NCBI GenBank assembly: GCA_943787175.1
Contig: CALSLK010000021.1
Location: forward strand, 9,482 to 73,481
Reading direction: 5' to 3'
Origin: an uncultured Alphaproteobacteria bacterium
Lineage (GTDB): Bacteria; Pseudomonadota; Alphaproteobacteria; SP197
Length of the DNA stretch: 64,000 bases
The translations under genes and the position numbers were made by a program. Positions within the stretch are counted from its first letter, which is position 1, and every line of letters starts with the position of its first letter. Shown here in pieces: positions 32,421 through 41,388 of the stretch. Below the pieces are notes generated by a model, which worked only from the letters and a program-made list of their open reading frames with translations, was not told the DNA's origin and did not search any database.

Positions 32421-32683
32421 TGTTCTCGCTTGTTACATTTCTGGTCGTGATCGCCATGGCCATGACCCTGATCCGCGCGGTACGTGGCCCAACGCCCTAT
32501 GACCGCATTCTTGCGGTCAATGTTCACGGCACAATGACCGTGCTGTTGATCGCCCTGGCAGGTTTCCTGACCGATCGCCCGGATTTCCTGGACCTGTCTC
32601 TGGCTTACGCCTTGCTCAATTTTGTCGGCACGCTTGCAGCACTCAAATTCTTCAAGCACGGACATCTGGGTGAAGAGTCGTGA
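32420..32683 (+). CDS. mrpF: monovalent cation/H+ antiporter subunit F (MrpF/MnhF)
   Basis: 87 aa, three-TM protein; ATGA overlap with mrpE. Confidence 0.7.
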   Translation: MFSLVTFLVVIAMAMTLIRAVRGPTPYDRILAVNVHGTMTVLLIALAGFLTDRPDFLDLSLAYALLNFVGTLAALKFFKHGHLGEES

Positions 32684-33024
32684 GCCTGGCCATCGACATC
32701 CTCAGTGGTATCTGCCTCTTCACCGGTGCTGTCTTGATGATCATCAGCGCCCTTGGCGTGATCCGTCTGCCTGATCTCTTCACCCGTCTTCACGGTGCCA
32801 GCATTGCCGATACCGGCGGCGCATTCCTGCTGCTGATCGGCATGGTCTTGCAGGCTGATACCTTTCTGGTGGCGATCAAGCTGGGGTTGATCGGGATTGT
32901 TCTCTTTTTCACCGCACCCACGGCCAGTCATGCCGTTGCTCATGCCGCTCTGATCGGAGGGCTCTCACCGGATGACCCCAAAGCTAATCAGGGCAAGGAT
33001 GAAGCAGAAGAGGATCGCACCTGA
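32680..33024 (+). CDS. mrpG: monovalent cation/H+ antiporter subunit G (MrpG/MnhG)
   Basis: 114 aa; GVIRLPDLFTRLHGASIADTGG pattern. Confidence 0.7.
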   Translation: MSLAIDILSGICLFTGAVLMIISALGVIRLPDLFTRLHGASIADTGGAFLLLIGMVLQADTFLVAIKLGLIGIVLFFTAPTASHAVAHAALIGGLSPDDPKANQGKDEAEEDRT

Positions 33025-33566
33025 TGGAGCGTTTGCACGTCATTGTTCTGGTCATTCTGCTGATCGCGCTTGCCGTTACGCTGATCAGGCTGCGCAGCCT
33101 GCTTGCGATTGCAATTCTGACCGGCGTCTACAGCCTGATCATGGCGGTTGTTTATACCCTGCTCGATGCCGTTGACGTTGCCTTCACCGAAGCCGTCGTC
33201 GGTGCGGGCATCACGCTTACCCTGATGTTGGCCGCGATATCCCTGACAACCCGGAGCGAAACCAAGCCCGGCAAACGCACGAAACAACGTGCCGTCGGTG
33301 CCGTTACCGCGTTGGCCGCAGGCATGGCGTTGATCTATGCGACCACCGACATGCCGGGCCTGGGCGATGCGGACGCGCCCGTCCATCTTCATGTCGCTCC
33401 CTACTACATTGAGGTAGGCCCGATCGAGACGGGTGTTCCCAATATCGTGACCGCCATTCTGGCAAGCTATCGTGGTTTTGATACCCTGGGAGAAGTTGCG
33501 GTCATCTTCACTGCCGGGATCAGTGTCATGGCGTTGTTGTGGCGTTGGGGCAAGGACGACCGATGA
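33024..33566 (+). CDS. DUF4040 membrane protein (free-standing MrpA C-terminal / MbhD-like domain)
   Basis: 180 aa hydrophobic protein in the position occupied by MbhD in Mbh/Mbx-type clusters. Confidence 0.5.
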   Translation: MERLHVIVLVILLIALAVTLIRLRSLLAIAILTGVYSLIMAVVYTLLDAVDVAFTEAVVGAGITLTLMLAAISLTTRSETKPGKRTKQRAVGAVTALAAGMALIYATTDMPGLGDADAPVHLHVAPYYIEVGPIETGVPNIVTAILASYRGFDTLGEVAVIFTAGISVMALLWRWGKDDR

Positions 33567-33985
33567 GCGAACATCTGATCGTCCGCGTGGTGAGCAAGAT
33601 GCTCATTCCGTTCATTCTGCTGTTTGCGCTCTATGTGCAGATGCACGGTGACTATGGCCCCGGCGGCGGCTTCCAGGCCGGCGTGATCTTTGCCACGGCG
33701 TTCATCATCTATGCCATCGTTTTTGGCGTGAAACGTGCCATTCGTGTTATGCCGCTCACAGTCCTGACCGCCATGGTGTCCCTGGGCCTGGTTCTCTATG
33801 CAATGGTGGGGTTCGTCTCGCTCGCTGCCGGCGGCACCTTTCTGGATTACGGTGCGCTCGACAGCCATGATCCCGTACATGGCCAGCATCTGGGCATCAT
33901 CATTATTGAACTTGGGGTCGGCATCACGGTTGCCGGTGTTCTGACCGCGATCTTCTTTACCTTTGCCGAACGATGGCAGAAATGA
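33563..33985 (+). CDS. mrpB: Na+/H+ antiporter subunit B (MrpB/MnhB)
   Basis: About 140 aa; four TM; ATGA overlap with the preceding ORF. Confidence 0.6.
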   Translation: MSEHLIVRVVSKMLIPFILLFALYVQMHGDYGPGGGFQAGVIFATAFIIYAIVFGVKRAIRVMPLTVLTAMVSLGLVLYAMVGFVSLAAGGTFLDYGALDSHDPVHGQHLGIIIIELGVGITVAGVLTAIFFTFAERWQK

Positions 33986-34347
33986 TCGAGGTCCTTACCT
34001 ACATCACCGAACATGCCGTGCAGTGGGGTGCAGTCGTCCTGCTGATGCTGGGCCTCTACATTGTCATGACGCGCGGCAATCTGATCAAGAAGGTGATCGG
34101 CCTCAATATCTTTCAGACTGCTGTCTTCCTGCTCTATATCTCCATTGGCTACGTTCTTGATGGTGCCGCACCTATCGTGCTGGAAGGTGCAGAGCGCTAC
34201 TCGAACCCATTGCCCCATGTTCTGATCCTCACAGCCATCGTGGTTTCGGTCGCAACGACGTCCCTGGCACTCGCTCTGATCGTGCGGATTCAAGAAGCCT
34301 ATGGTTCGATCGAGGAAGACGAAATTCTCGAGCACGGCGAGACATGA
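33982..34347 (+). CDS. mrpC: Na+/H+ antiporter subunit C (MrpC, NuoK-like)
   Basis: About 120 aa; NuoK/MnhC-like three-TM protein. Confidence 0.7.
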   Translation: MIEVLTYITEHAVQWGAVVLLMLGLYIVMTRGNLIKKVIGLNIFQTAVFLLYISIGYVLDGAAPIVLEGAERYSNPLPHVLILTAIVVSVATTSLALALIVRIQEAYGSIEEDEILEHGET

Positions 34348-34351
34348 CCTG

Positions 34352-35830
34352 ATGTCCATCGTCGAACATCTCCCAGCCCTGCAGGTTGCCGTTCCGCTGA
34401 TCGCCGCGCCGCTCTGCGCCATGATGCTTCGTCCAAGCATTGCATGGCCGTTTGCGGTCCTGGCGTCCTGGATCACCTTTGCCATTTCCGTTGCCCTGAT
34501 GGATCAGGTCCTCAGCCACGGAACGATCACCTACAACATGGGTGGCTGGTCCCCTCCCTGGGGCATCTCCTATGTCATCGACCCGCTCAACGCGCTGCTG
34601 TTGTTGCTGGTCTCGGGCATGGCCGCGATCATCATGCCGGGTGTGCGCCTTGGCATCGGCGTCGAAGTTACGTTTCGCGCGCAACGCCTGTTTTTCACGG
34701 TCGCACTGCTGTCTCTGACCGGCATGCTGGGCATCGTCATCACCGGTGATGCCTTCAACCTCTATGTGTTTCTGGAGATTTCGTCACTGTCGAGCTACGC
34801 GCTAGTCGCGATGGGCTCGGACCGGCGAGCGTCCAAGGCGGCCTTCAACTATCTCATCCAGGGAACAATCGGCGCGACCTTCATTCTGATCGGCATTGGC
34901 CTTGTCTACATGATGACAGGGACGCTCAATATGGCCGATATGGCCAACAGGCTGACCGATCTCCACGGCTCGGCAACCGTACAGGCAGCCTTTGCCTTCA
35001 TTCTGGTCGGTGCCGGCATCAAGTTCGCCATGTTCCCGGCGCACGCATGGATGCCCAACGCCTACACCTATGCGCCTTCGCTGGTCTCAGCCTTCTTTGG
35101 CGCAACAGCTACCAAGGTTGGCGCCTATATCCTGATCCGCTTCATCTACGATGTCTTTGGTGCCGAGTTTGCCTTTGACGAGATGCATGTCGGTTGGGTG
35201 TTGATCCCTCTTGGACTGGCCGGCGCCTTTGTTGGATCCCTGGTGGCGATCTGGCAGGACGATCTCAAACGCATGCTCGCCTATTCCAGCGTGGCCCAGA
35301 TCGGCTATGTCGCTGCCGCGATTGGCCTGGGAAATCATGACGGTCTCATTGCAGCGATCGTCCACGTCTTCAATCACGGCCTGATGAAGGGCGCTCTGTT
35401 CCTGGTCACCGCATGCGTCATCCTGCGCCTGGGCCGTGCCGACATGACAAGTTTCAGAGGACTGGGCAAACGCATGCCGGTCACTATGGGCTGTTTCGTG
35501 GTGGCAGGCCTGTCCATGATCGGCGTGCCCTTCACAGTGGGCTTTATCAGCAAGTGGTACCTGATCCTGGGTGCACTGGATGCCGATATGTGGCCCGTCG
35601 CAGTTCTGATCGTGATGAGTTCGCTGCTGTCGATCATCTATATCTGGCGCGTCGTCGAAGTCGCCTATTTCAACGACCCGCCCGATGATGTGAAGGTTAC
35701 GGAAGCGCCCGCCATGCTTCTGGTGCCGACCCTGATCCTGACCGTATTGTGCATTGCCTTTGGTGTAGCCACCAAGATCACCGTTGGTGTCGCAGGATTG
35801 GCCGCCAACAGTCTTGGGGTCTATCCATGA
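34352..35830 (+). CDS. mrpD: proton-conducting membrane transporter, MrpD/NuoN-like antiporter subunit
   Basis: 493 aa; NuoL/M/N-family core (FNLYVFLEISSLSSYALVA, YSSVAQIGYV). Confidence 0.75.
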   Translation: MSIVEHLPALQVAVPLIAAPLCAMMLRPSIAWPFAVLASWITFAISVALMDQVLSHGTITYNMGGWSPPWGISYVIDPLNALLLLLVSGMAAIIMPGVRLGIGVEVTFRAQRLFFTVALLSLTGMLGIVITGDAFNLYVFLEISSLSSYALVAMGSDRRASKAAFNYLIQGTIGATFILIGIGLVYMMTGTLNMADMANRLTDLHGSATVQAAFAFILVGAGIKFAMFPAHAWMPNAYTYAPSLVSAFFGATATKVGAYILIRFIYDVFGAEFAFDEMHVGWVLIPLGLAGAFVGSLVAIWQDDLKRMLAYSSVAQIGYVAAAIGLGNHDGLIAAIVHVFNHGLMKGALFLVTACVILRLGRADMTSFRGLGKRMPVTMGCFVVAGLSMIGVPFTVGFISKWYLILGALDADMWPVAVLIVMSSLLSIIYIWRVVEVAYFNDPPDDVKVTEAPAMLLVPTLILTVLCIAFGVATKITVGVAGLAANSLGVYP

Positions 35831-37311
35831 TGCCCCTTCCCGATCCAGGTTGGCTGGCAGCGATAGCCATCGTCATTCCGCTTCTGGGCGTCGTCGGCAT
35901 TTTGACCACAAGGCGCTGGCCCGACGTGCGTGAAGGCATCAGCCTTGCTGCGGGCAGCGTTCTTTTCTGCGCCGTGATGACTATCGCCATGGCGATGGAG
36001 AGCGGCGAGACCGTTCATTTCGAGCTTGCCCGCCCGCTGACAGGCGTCACCATCGCTCTGACCGTGGACTCACTTGGTCTGTTGTTCGCGATTGTTGCGA
36101 GCTTCCTGTGGATCGTCACAACAGTTTATGCGATCGGCTACATGCGTGGGCATCACGAGAAGAACCAGACACGGTTCTACACGTTTTTTGCCGTCGCCAT
36201 TGCCTGTGCCATGGGCATCGCCTTTGCAGGCAACATGCTCACGTTATTTGTCTTCTATGAGGCTCTGACGATCTCAACCTTCCCGCTGGTCACCCATGCC
36301 GGCACACCCGAAGCACGTAAAGCAGGGCGCACGTATCTGGGAATTCTCCTGGGTACCTCCATCGGCTTTCAGATGATTGCCATCATCGGAACCTATGCAG
36401 TGACCGGAACCCTCGATTTCCGTGACGGCGGCATTCTGGAGGGGAACGTCTCCCATGGCGTCGCCGGCGTGTTGCTCCTTCTCTATGTCTATGGCGTCGG
36501 CAAAGCCGCTCTGATGCCCTTCCACCGCTGGCTGCCTGCAGCCATGGTCGCCCCGACACCAGTCAGTGCGCTTCTCCATGCTGTTGCCGTAGTCAAAGCC
36601 GGTGTCTTTACTATGTTGAAGGTCGCCACCTTCATCTTCGGTTTCGACCTGCTGAGCGAACTGCCGATGACGCAGGTCCTACAATGGATTGCCGCCTTCA
36701 CGATCATTGCGGCGTCGCTGGTAGCCATGACCAAGGACAACCTGAAGGCCAGGCTGGCCTATTCCACGATCAGCCAGCTTGCCTACATCGTGCTAGCCGC
36801 GCTGCTTGCCAACGAGGCCGGTTTCCTTGGCGGCGGCCTCCATATCGCGACCCATGCGGCCGGCAAGATCACGCTGTTTTTCTGCGCTGGCGCCATTCTG
36901 GTCGCCGCACACAAGACCGACATCTCCCAGCTCGATGGTCTGGGCCGGGTCATGCCCTTCACCTTTGCTGCCTTTCTGGTCGGCAGTCTCAGTATCATCG
37001 GCCTGCCTCCGTTCGGAGGCCTGTGGAGCAAGTGGCTCATTCTCGATGGCGCACTGGAAGCCGACAAACTGTTCCTTGTCGGTGTTCTGTTGGTCTCGAC
37101 TCTGCTCAACATCGCCTATCTGTTGCCCATCCCATTCCGCGCGTTTTTCAGGCCTCTGCCCGAAGGTGCCCCGGCAACGCGCAACGAAGCACCGGTCGCC
37201 TGCCTTGCGGCAATCGCTGTGACCTGCCTGTGTTGCCTCCTGCTGTTCCTCTTCCCTGACCCTGCGATTGATCTGCTGGGCCGAACCTTCGCTGGCGTGG
37301 GGTCTCCGTAA
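35827..37311 (+). CDS. second MrpD/NuoM-like antiporter subunit
   Basis: 495 aa; LFVFYEALTISTFPLV, YSTISQLAYIVLA; ATGA overlap with the upstream mrpD. Confidence 0.7.
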   Translation: MMPLPDPGWLAAIAIVIPLLGVVGILTTRRWPDVREGISLAAGSVLFCAVMTIAMAMESGETVHFELARPLTGVTIALTVDSLGLLFAIVASFLWIVTTVYAIGYMRGHHEKNQTRFYTFFAVAIACAMGIAFAGNMLTLFVFYEALTISTFPLVTHAGTPEARKAGRTYLGILLGTSIGFQMIAIIGTYAVTGTLDFRDGGILEGNVSHGVAGVLLLLYVYGVGKAALMPFHRWLPAAMVAPTPVSALLHAVAVVKAGVFTMLKVATFIFGFDLLSELPMTQVLQWIAAFTIIAASLVAMTKDNLKARLAYSTISQLAYIVLAALLANEAGFLGGGLHIATHAAGKITLFFCAGAILVAAHKTDISQLDGLGRVMPFTFAAFLVGSLSIIGLPPFGGLWSKWLILDGALEADKLFLVGVLLVSTLLNIAYLLPIPFRAFFRPLPEGAPATRNEAPVACLAAIAVTCLCCLLLFLFPDPAIDLLGRTFAGVGSP

Positions 37312-37559
37312 TGAACGACAAGAAGACCTATCTGTTCGACAAGCCCCGCAATGTGAAGCTGGTCATCTGGACACTCGTGCTGGCTTGCGCTGGAACGCTG
37401 ATTGCAGACGTCTTTGCGCACCGACATGTCGATCATCCCTGGGAATCGATGTTCGGCTTCTATGCCGCGTTCGGCTTCGGCGCCTATGCCCTGCTGGTTC
37501 TTGTTTCCGAAGGCATTCGTTTCCTCGTGCAACGACGCGAAGGTTACTACGATGATTAG
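37311..37559 (+). CDS. small two-TM membrane protein of unknown function inside the Mrp cluster
   Basis: 82 aa ORF translationally coupled on both sides (TAATG and ATGATTAG overlaps). Confidence 0.4.
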   Translation: MNDKKTYLFDKPRNVKLVIWTLVLACAGTLIADVFAHRHVDHPWESMFGFYAAFGFGAYALLVLVSEGIRFLVQRREGYYDD

Positions 37560-39249
37560 CGTCGCGCCGTTCCTGATCTTCCTGGTCGGCGCTGCACTCG
37601 CCATGGTGGCCCGTGGTCGCTTGCGCGATGTCATCGCAGTTGCCACACCGGTCGTTGGCGCGATCAATCTCTGGGCGCTCGACGGCAGCGCACCGATGAC
37701 CGTGATGCTGTTTGGCCACGGGTTGATCCTGGTCGAAGTTGACCGGCTCTCCATGCTGTTTGGATGGCTGTTCCATCTCGCCGTCTTCGTGGCCCTGGTC
37801 TACAACCTCTATCGCCCGACCAAGCTGGAGCAGGTCTCCATTCTGACCTATGGCGCCAGCACCATGGGCGCGATCTTTGCGGGGGACCTGCTGACCCTGC
37901 TGCTGTTCTGGGAAGGCCTGGGCCTGACCTCTGTATTCCTTGTGCTGGCGCGCGGCACGCTCAGGGCCGAACGCGCTGCGGTGCGTTACCTGATGCTGCA
38001 GGTTTTGTCAGGCGTGCTGTTGATGTGCGGCATTATCGTGCTGATCAATCAGGGACGTTCGCTTGCCATTACACCGTTGGAGCTTGAAGGCCTGGCAGCC
38101 TGGCTGATTTTCCTTTCCCTGGGCATCAAGGCCGGCTTCCCGCTGCTCCATAACTGGATCACCGACACCTATCCCGAAGCGACCGAGACCGGCACGGTGA
38201 TCATGAGTGCGCTGACCACCAAGACGTCGATCTATTGTCTGGCCAGTCTGTTTCCGGGCACGGAACTGCTGATCTACATCGGCGCAACAATGACCGTGTT
38301 CCCAATATTCTATGCCGTACTCGAAGACGATCTGCGGCGGGTTCTGTCCTACAGCCTGATCAATCAGCTGGGGTTCATGATCACCGGAATCGGGATCGGC
38401 ACGGAACTGGCCATCAACGGAGCGGTGGCGCATGCCTTTGCTCATGTGATGTATAAATCACTGCTCTTCATGTCGATGGGTGCAGTGCTCTACCGGACTG
38501 GCAAGATTGGCGCATCGGAGCTGGGTGGGCTTTACCGCACCATGCCCAAGACCACGATCATGTGCATCATCGGTGCGGCCTCGATTTCAGCCTTCCCGTT
38601 GTTCTCGGGATTCGTGTCAAAAGCCATGGTGATGAGTGCAGCTCTTCAGGGAGGTTACGACTGGGTCTGGCTCGCCCTGTTGTTTGCTTCAGCTGGCGTC
38701 CTGCACCACGCCGGAATCAAGATTCCGTTCTTTGCGTTCTTCGGTCATGATTCCGGGCAGCGGCCCAAGGAAGCACCAAAGCCCATGTTGATTGCCATGT
38801 TCATCGCATCGGTGATGTGCATCGGCATCGGAATCTTTCCGGGCCTGCTGTATGACATGCTTCCCTACCCCGTCACCTATGAGCCTTACACGTTCGAGCA
38901 TGTGCTGACGCAGCTCCAGCTTCTGCTCTTTGCGGCTTTGTGTTTCGTGGTTCTGCGCGTCACCAAACTGGAGCCTCACGAAAGGCCCGGGGTCAACCTC
39001 GATATCGAGTGGACCTATCGCTGGCTCCTGCCCCGTGCAGGCCGCTGCGGGTACGCAATCCTGGAACGCATCATCCACCCGCTCCGCCAGCTTTCGCAGA
39101 TCGGCATGCAAAGTTCGGTTTGGCTGGTCAAACTCTGGCACGGACCAGGCGGCCTGTTCGCGCGCGACCCTCTGATCAGTTCGGCGTCCCTTGCCGTTGT
39201 CGTCATCTTCACACTGGTCTTGCTGATCGACCTGATCCAGGGTTTTTGA
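37552..39249 (+). CDS. mrpA: MrpA/NuoL-like antiporter subunit lacking the C-terminal MrpB-like extension
   Basis: 566 aa; NuoL-family core (LLLFWEGLGLTSVFLV, YSLINQLGFMITGIG). Confidence 0.7.
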   Translation: MISVAPFLIFLVGAALAMVARGRLRDVIAVATPVVGAINLWALDGSAPMTVMLFGHGLILVEVDRLSMLFGWLFHLAVFVALVYNLYRPTKLEQVSILTYGASTMGAIFAGDLLTLLLFWEGLGLTSVFLVLARGTLRAERAAVRYLMLQVLSGVLLMCGIIVLINQGRSLAITPLELEGLAAWLIFLSLGIKAGFPLLHNWITDTYPEATETGTVIMSALTTKTSIYCLASLFPGTELLIYIGATMTVFPIFYAVLEDDLRRVLSYSLINQLGFMITGIGIGTELAINGAVAHAFAHVMYKSLLFMSMGAVLYRTGKIGASELGGLYRTMPKTTIMCIIGAASISAFPLFSGFVSKAMVMSAALQGGYDWVWLALLFASAGVLHHAGIKIPFFAFFGHDSGQRPKEAPKPMLIAMFIASVMCIGIGIFPGLLYDMLPYPVTYEPYTFEHVLTQLQLLLFAALCFVVLRVTKLEPHERPGVNLDIEWTYRWLLPRAGRCGYAILERIIHPLRQLSQIGMQSSVWLVKLWHGPGGLFARDPLISSASLAVVVIFTLVLLIDLIQGF

Positions 39250-39340
39250 CTAGCAGCTTCGCCGGTTTGAATGTGCACCGGCTTGACGTAAGTTTCCGCC
39301 ACGTTGACTTCCGTGAACAGCCAACCAGAAAGAGATACGC

Positions 39341-39976
39341 ATGGATCTTGCCGGTGAGTACCGTATCGAAGCCCCGCGCGATGCCGTCTGGCAGGCGCTG
39401 AACGATGCAGATGTGCTCAAGCAGTGCATTCCTGGTTGTCAGGAGATCGAGAAGGAGTCCGACACCGCATTCAATGCCAGGGTGAAGTCCAAGATCGGCC
39501 CGGTTTCTGCAACCTTCAAGGGCAAGGTGACGCTCTCGGAACTGGATCCGCCCAACGGCTATACGATATCCGGTGAAGGCCAAGGTGGCGTCGCCGGTTT
39601 TGCCAAGGGTGGCGCGCGCGTAAGCCTGGAAGAGGACGGCGCGGCAACCATGCTGCGTTATACGGCCGACGGACAGGTAGGTGGAAAACTGGCACAGGTC
39701 GGTGCACGCCTGGTGGAAGGAACCGCCAAGAAAGTCGCTGACGATTTCTTCACCCGATTCAACGAACTGGTTTCGCAACAGGCCGCAAGCCAGCCTGTTG
39801 TTGAACCCACTATGGCAGCAGCAACGACTTCACCGGAACGCGCAGCACCAACGCCTGCGCCTGCTCCAAATGGACCAGCGCGTGAACCGCAACCCACCTT
39901 GCTGGAAAACTGCTGGTTCGGACTTGCAGGCGTGACACTGCTGGTCCTATTCGTCATGGCGGGCCTTCCCCAATGA
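39341..39976 (+). CDS. coxG: CoxG-like SRPBCC protein (CO dehydrogenase subunit G family) with a C-terminal hydrophobic anchor
   Basis: N-terminal roughly 150 aa with a CoxG/SRPBCC pattern, a Pro/Ala linker and a C-terminal TM helix [15 protein letters not shown]. Confidence 0.6.
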   Translation: MDLAGEYRIEAPRDAVWQALNDADVLKQCIPGCQEIEKESDTAFNARVKSKIGPVSATFKGKVTLSELDPPNGYTISGEGQGGVAGFAKGGARVSLEEDGAATMLRYTADGQVGGKLAQVGARLVEGTAKKVADDFFTRFNELVSQQAASQPVVEPTMAAATTSPERAAPTPAPAPNGPAREPQPTLLENCWFGLAGVTLLVLFVMAGLPQ

Positions 39977-40031
39977 TGTACTTGACCCATGGCCGCATGC
40001 CTTCGACACTCTGCCCGGTCAGACAGGAGAT

Positions 40032-40514
40032 TTGCCCATGACAATCACCGTATCCATGACGGTGAATGGCGAGGAACGCAGCGGCACGTGCGAGGAACGC
40101 ACGCTGCTGGTGACATTCCTGCGCGAGACACTGCGCCTGACCGGAACTCATGTCGGTTGCGACACCAGCCAGTGTGGCGCCTGTGTCGTCCATGTCGACG
40201 GTGAGTCAGTAAAATCCTGCACCATGCTCACGGTTCAGGCAGAGGGCCGCAACGTCACCACGATCGAAGGCGTTGCGGACGGTGACACGCTGCATCCCAT
40301 GCAGCAGGCGTTTCATGAAAATCATGGACTGCAGTGTGGTTATTGTACCCCCGGCATGATCATGAGTGCGCTCGACCTCATCAAACACAACCCTGACCCG
40401 ACAGAACGAGAAATCCGCGAGCACCTGGAAGGCAATCTTTGCCGCTGCACGGGCTACCACAACATCGTGAAATCCATCCGGGCCGCGGCCGACAAGATGG
40501 CAACGGGGGCCTGA
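40032..40514 (+). CDS. coxS: (2Fe-2S)-binding small subunit of an aerobic-type CO dehydrogenase / xanthine dehydrogenase family enzyme
   Basis: Both 2Fe-2S cysteine motifs: [12 protein letters not shown] and [10 protein letters not shown]...CRCTGY. Confidence 0.85.
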   Translation: MPMTITVSMTVNGEERSGTCEERTLLVTFLRETLRLTGTHVGCDTSQCGACVVHVDGESVKSCTMLTVQAEGRNVTTIEGVADGDTLHPMQQAFHENHGLQCGYCTPGMIMSALDLIKHNPDPTEREIREHLEGNLCRCTGYHNIVKSIRAAADKMATGA

Positions 40515-40516
40515 TC

Positions 40517-41314
40517 ATGTACGCCTTTTCGTTCCACCAGCCCGAAACACTGGAAGAAGCCAAACGCCTCTTCGGTGAAAGCGACGATCCACGCTATCTA
40601 TCGGGCGGTCACACGCTTCTGCCCTCCATGAAACTGCGCCTTGCCACGCCGTCGGACCTGATCGAGCTGAATGCCATCGAAAGCCTCAAAGGCATCAGCA
40701 TTGAAGGCGACAATGTCGTAGTTGGCGCTGGCACCCGTCATGGTGATGTCGCGCAATCAGCCGATGTTCTGGCCGCAATCCCAGCCTTGGCAGATCTGGC
40801 AGGCATGATCGGTGATTTTCAGGTCCGCAATCGAGGAACCCTGGGCGGTTCCATCGCAAATGCGGACCCTGCCGCTGATTATCCCGCCGCCATTGTTGGT
40901 TTGAACGCCACAGTAAAGACTGACCGCCGCGAAATTGCTGCTGATGACTATTTCACCGACCTGTTCGAGACGGCGCTGGAGGAGGACGAAATTGTCACCG
41001 CAGTGTCATTCCCCACGCCGGTACGCGCAGCCTATATGAAATTCCCCAACCCCGCCTCGCGCTACGCCATTGTCGGCGTATTCGTCGCCGAAACAGCCGG
41101 CGGGATACGTGTGGCCGTGACCGGCGCAGGTGCGAGCGTCTTCCGCGTTGTTGAGATGGAAGCGGCACTGACAGTGAACTTCGCACCCGAGGCCGTCGCT
41201 GACATCCTGATTCCTGATGACGACCTCAACAGCGATATCCACGCGGCCAACGACTACCGGGCACATCTGGTGACCGTTATGGCCAAACGCGCTGTTGAAA
41301 AAGCTCTGGGCTGA
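40517..41314 (+). CDS. coxM: FAD-binding medium subunit of the CODH/XDH family (CoxM/CutM-like)
   Basis: FAD_binding_5 pattern (YLSGGHTLLPSMKLRLA, RNRGTLGGSIANADP) and CO-dehydrogenase-flavoprotein C-terminal domain. Confidence 0.8.
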   Translation: MYAFSFHQPETLEEAKRLFGESDDPRYLSGGHTLLPSMKLRLATPSDLIELNAIESLKGISIEGDNVVVGAGTRHGDVAQSADVLAAIPALADLAGMIGDFQVRNRGTLGGSIANADPAADYPAAIVGLNATVKTDRREIAADDYFTDLFETALEEDEIVTAVSFPTPVRAAYMKFPNPASRYAIVGVFVAETAGGIRVAVTGAGASVFRVVEMEAALTVNFAPEAVADILIPDDDLNSDIHAANDYRAHLVTVMAKRAVEKALG

Positions 41315-41388
41315 TCGCCTCTTTCACATTTTGTCCAGCAGACTCGGTATCTCGTCGCCTGTGCGTGAAATCGCGCTAGACTGTCGCT

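Noticed and set aside
39341-41314. Calling the coxS/coxM pair a bona fide carbon monoxide dehydrogenase
   Set aside because: Without the large subunit and its active-site signature the substrate cannot be assigned. It could equally belong to another XDH-family hydroxylase.
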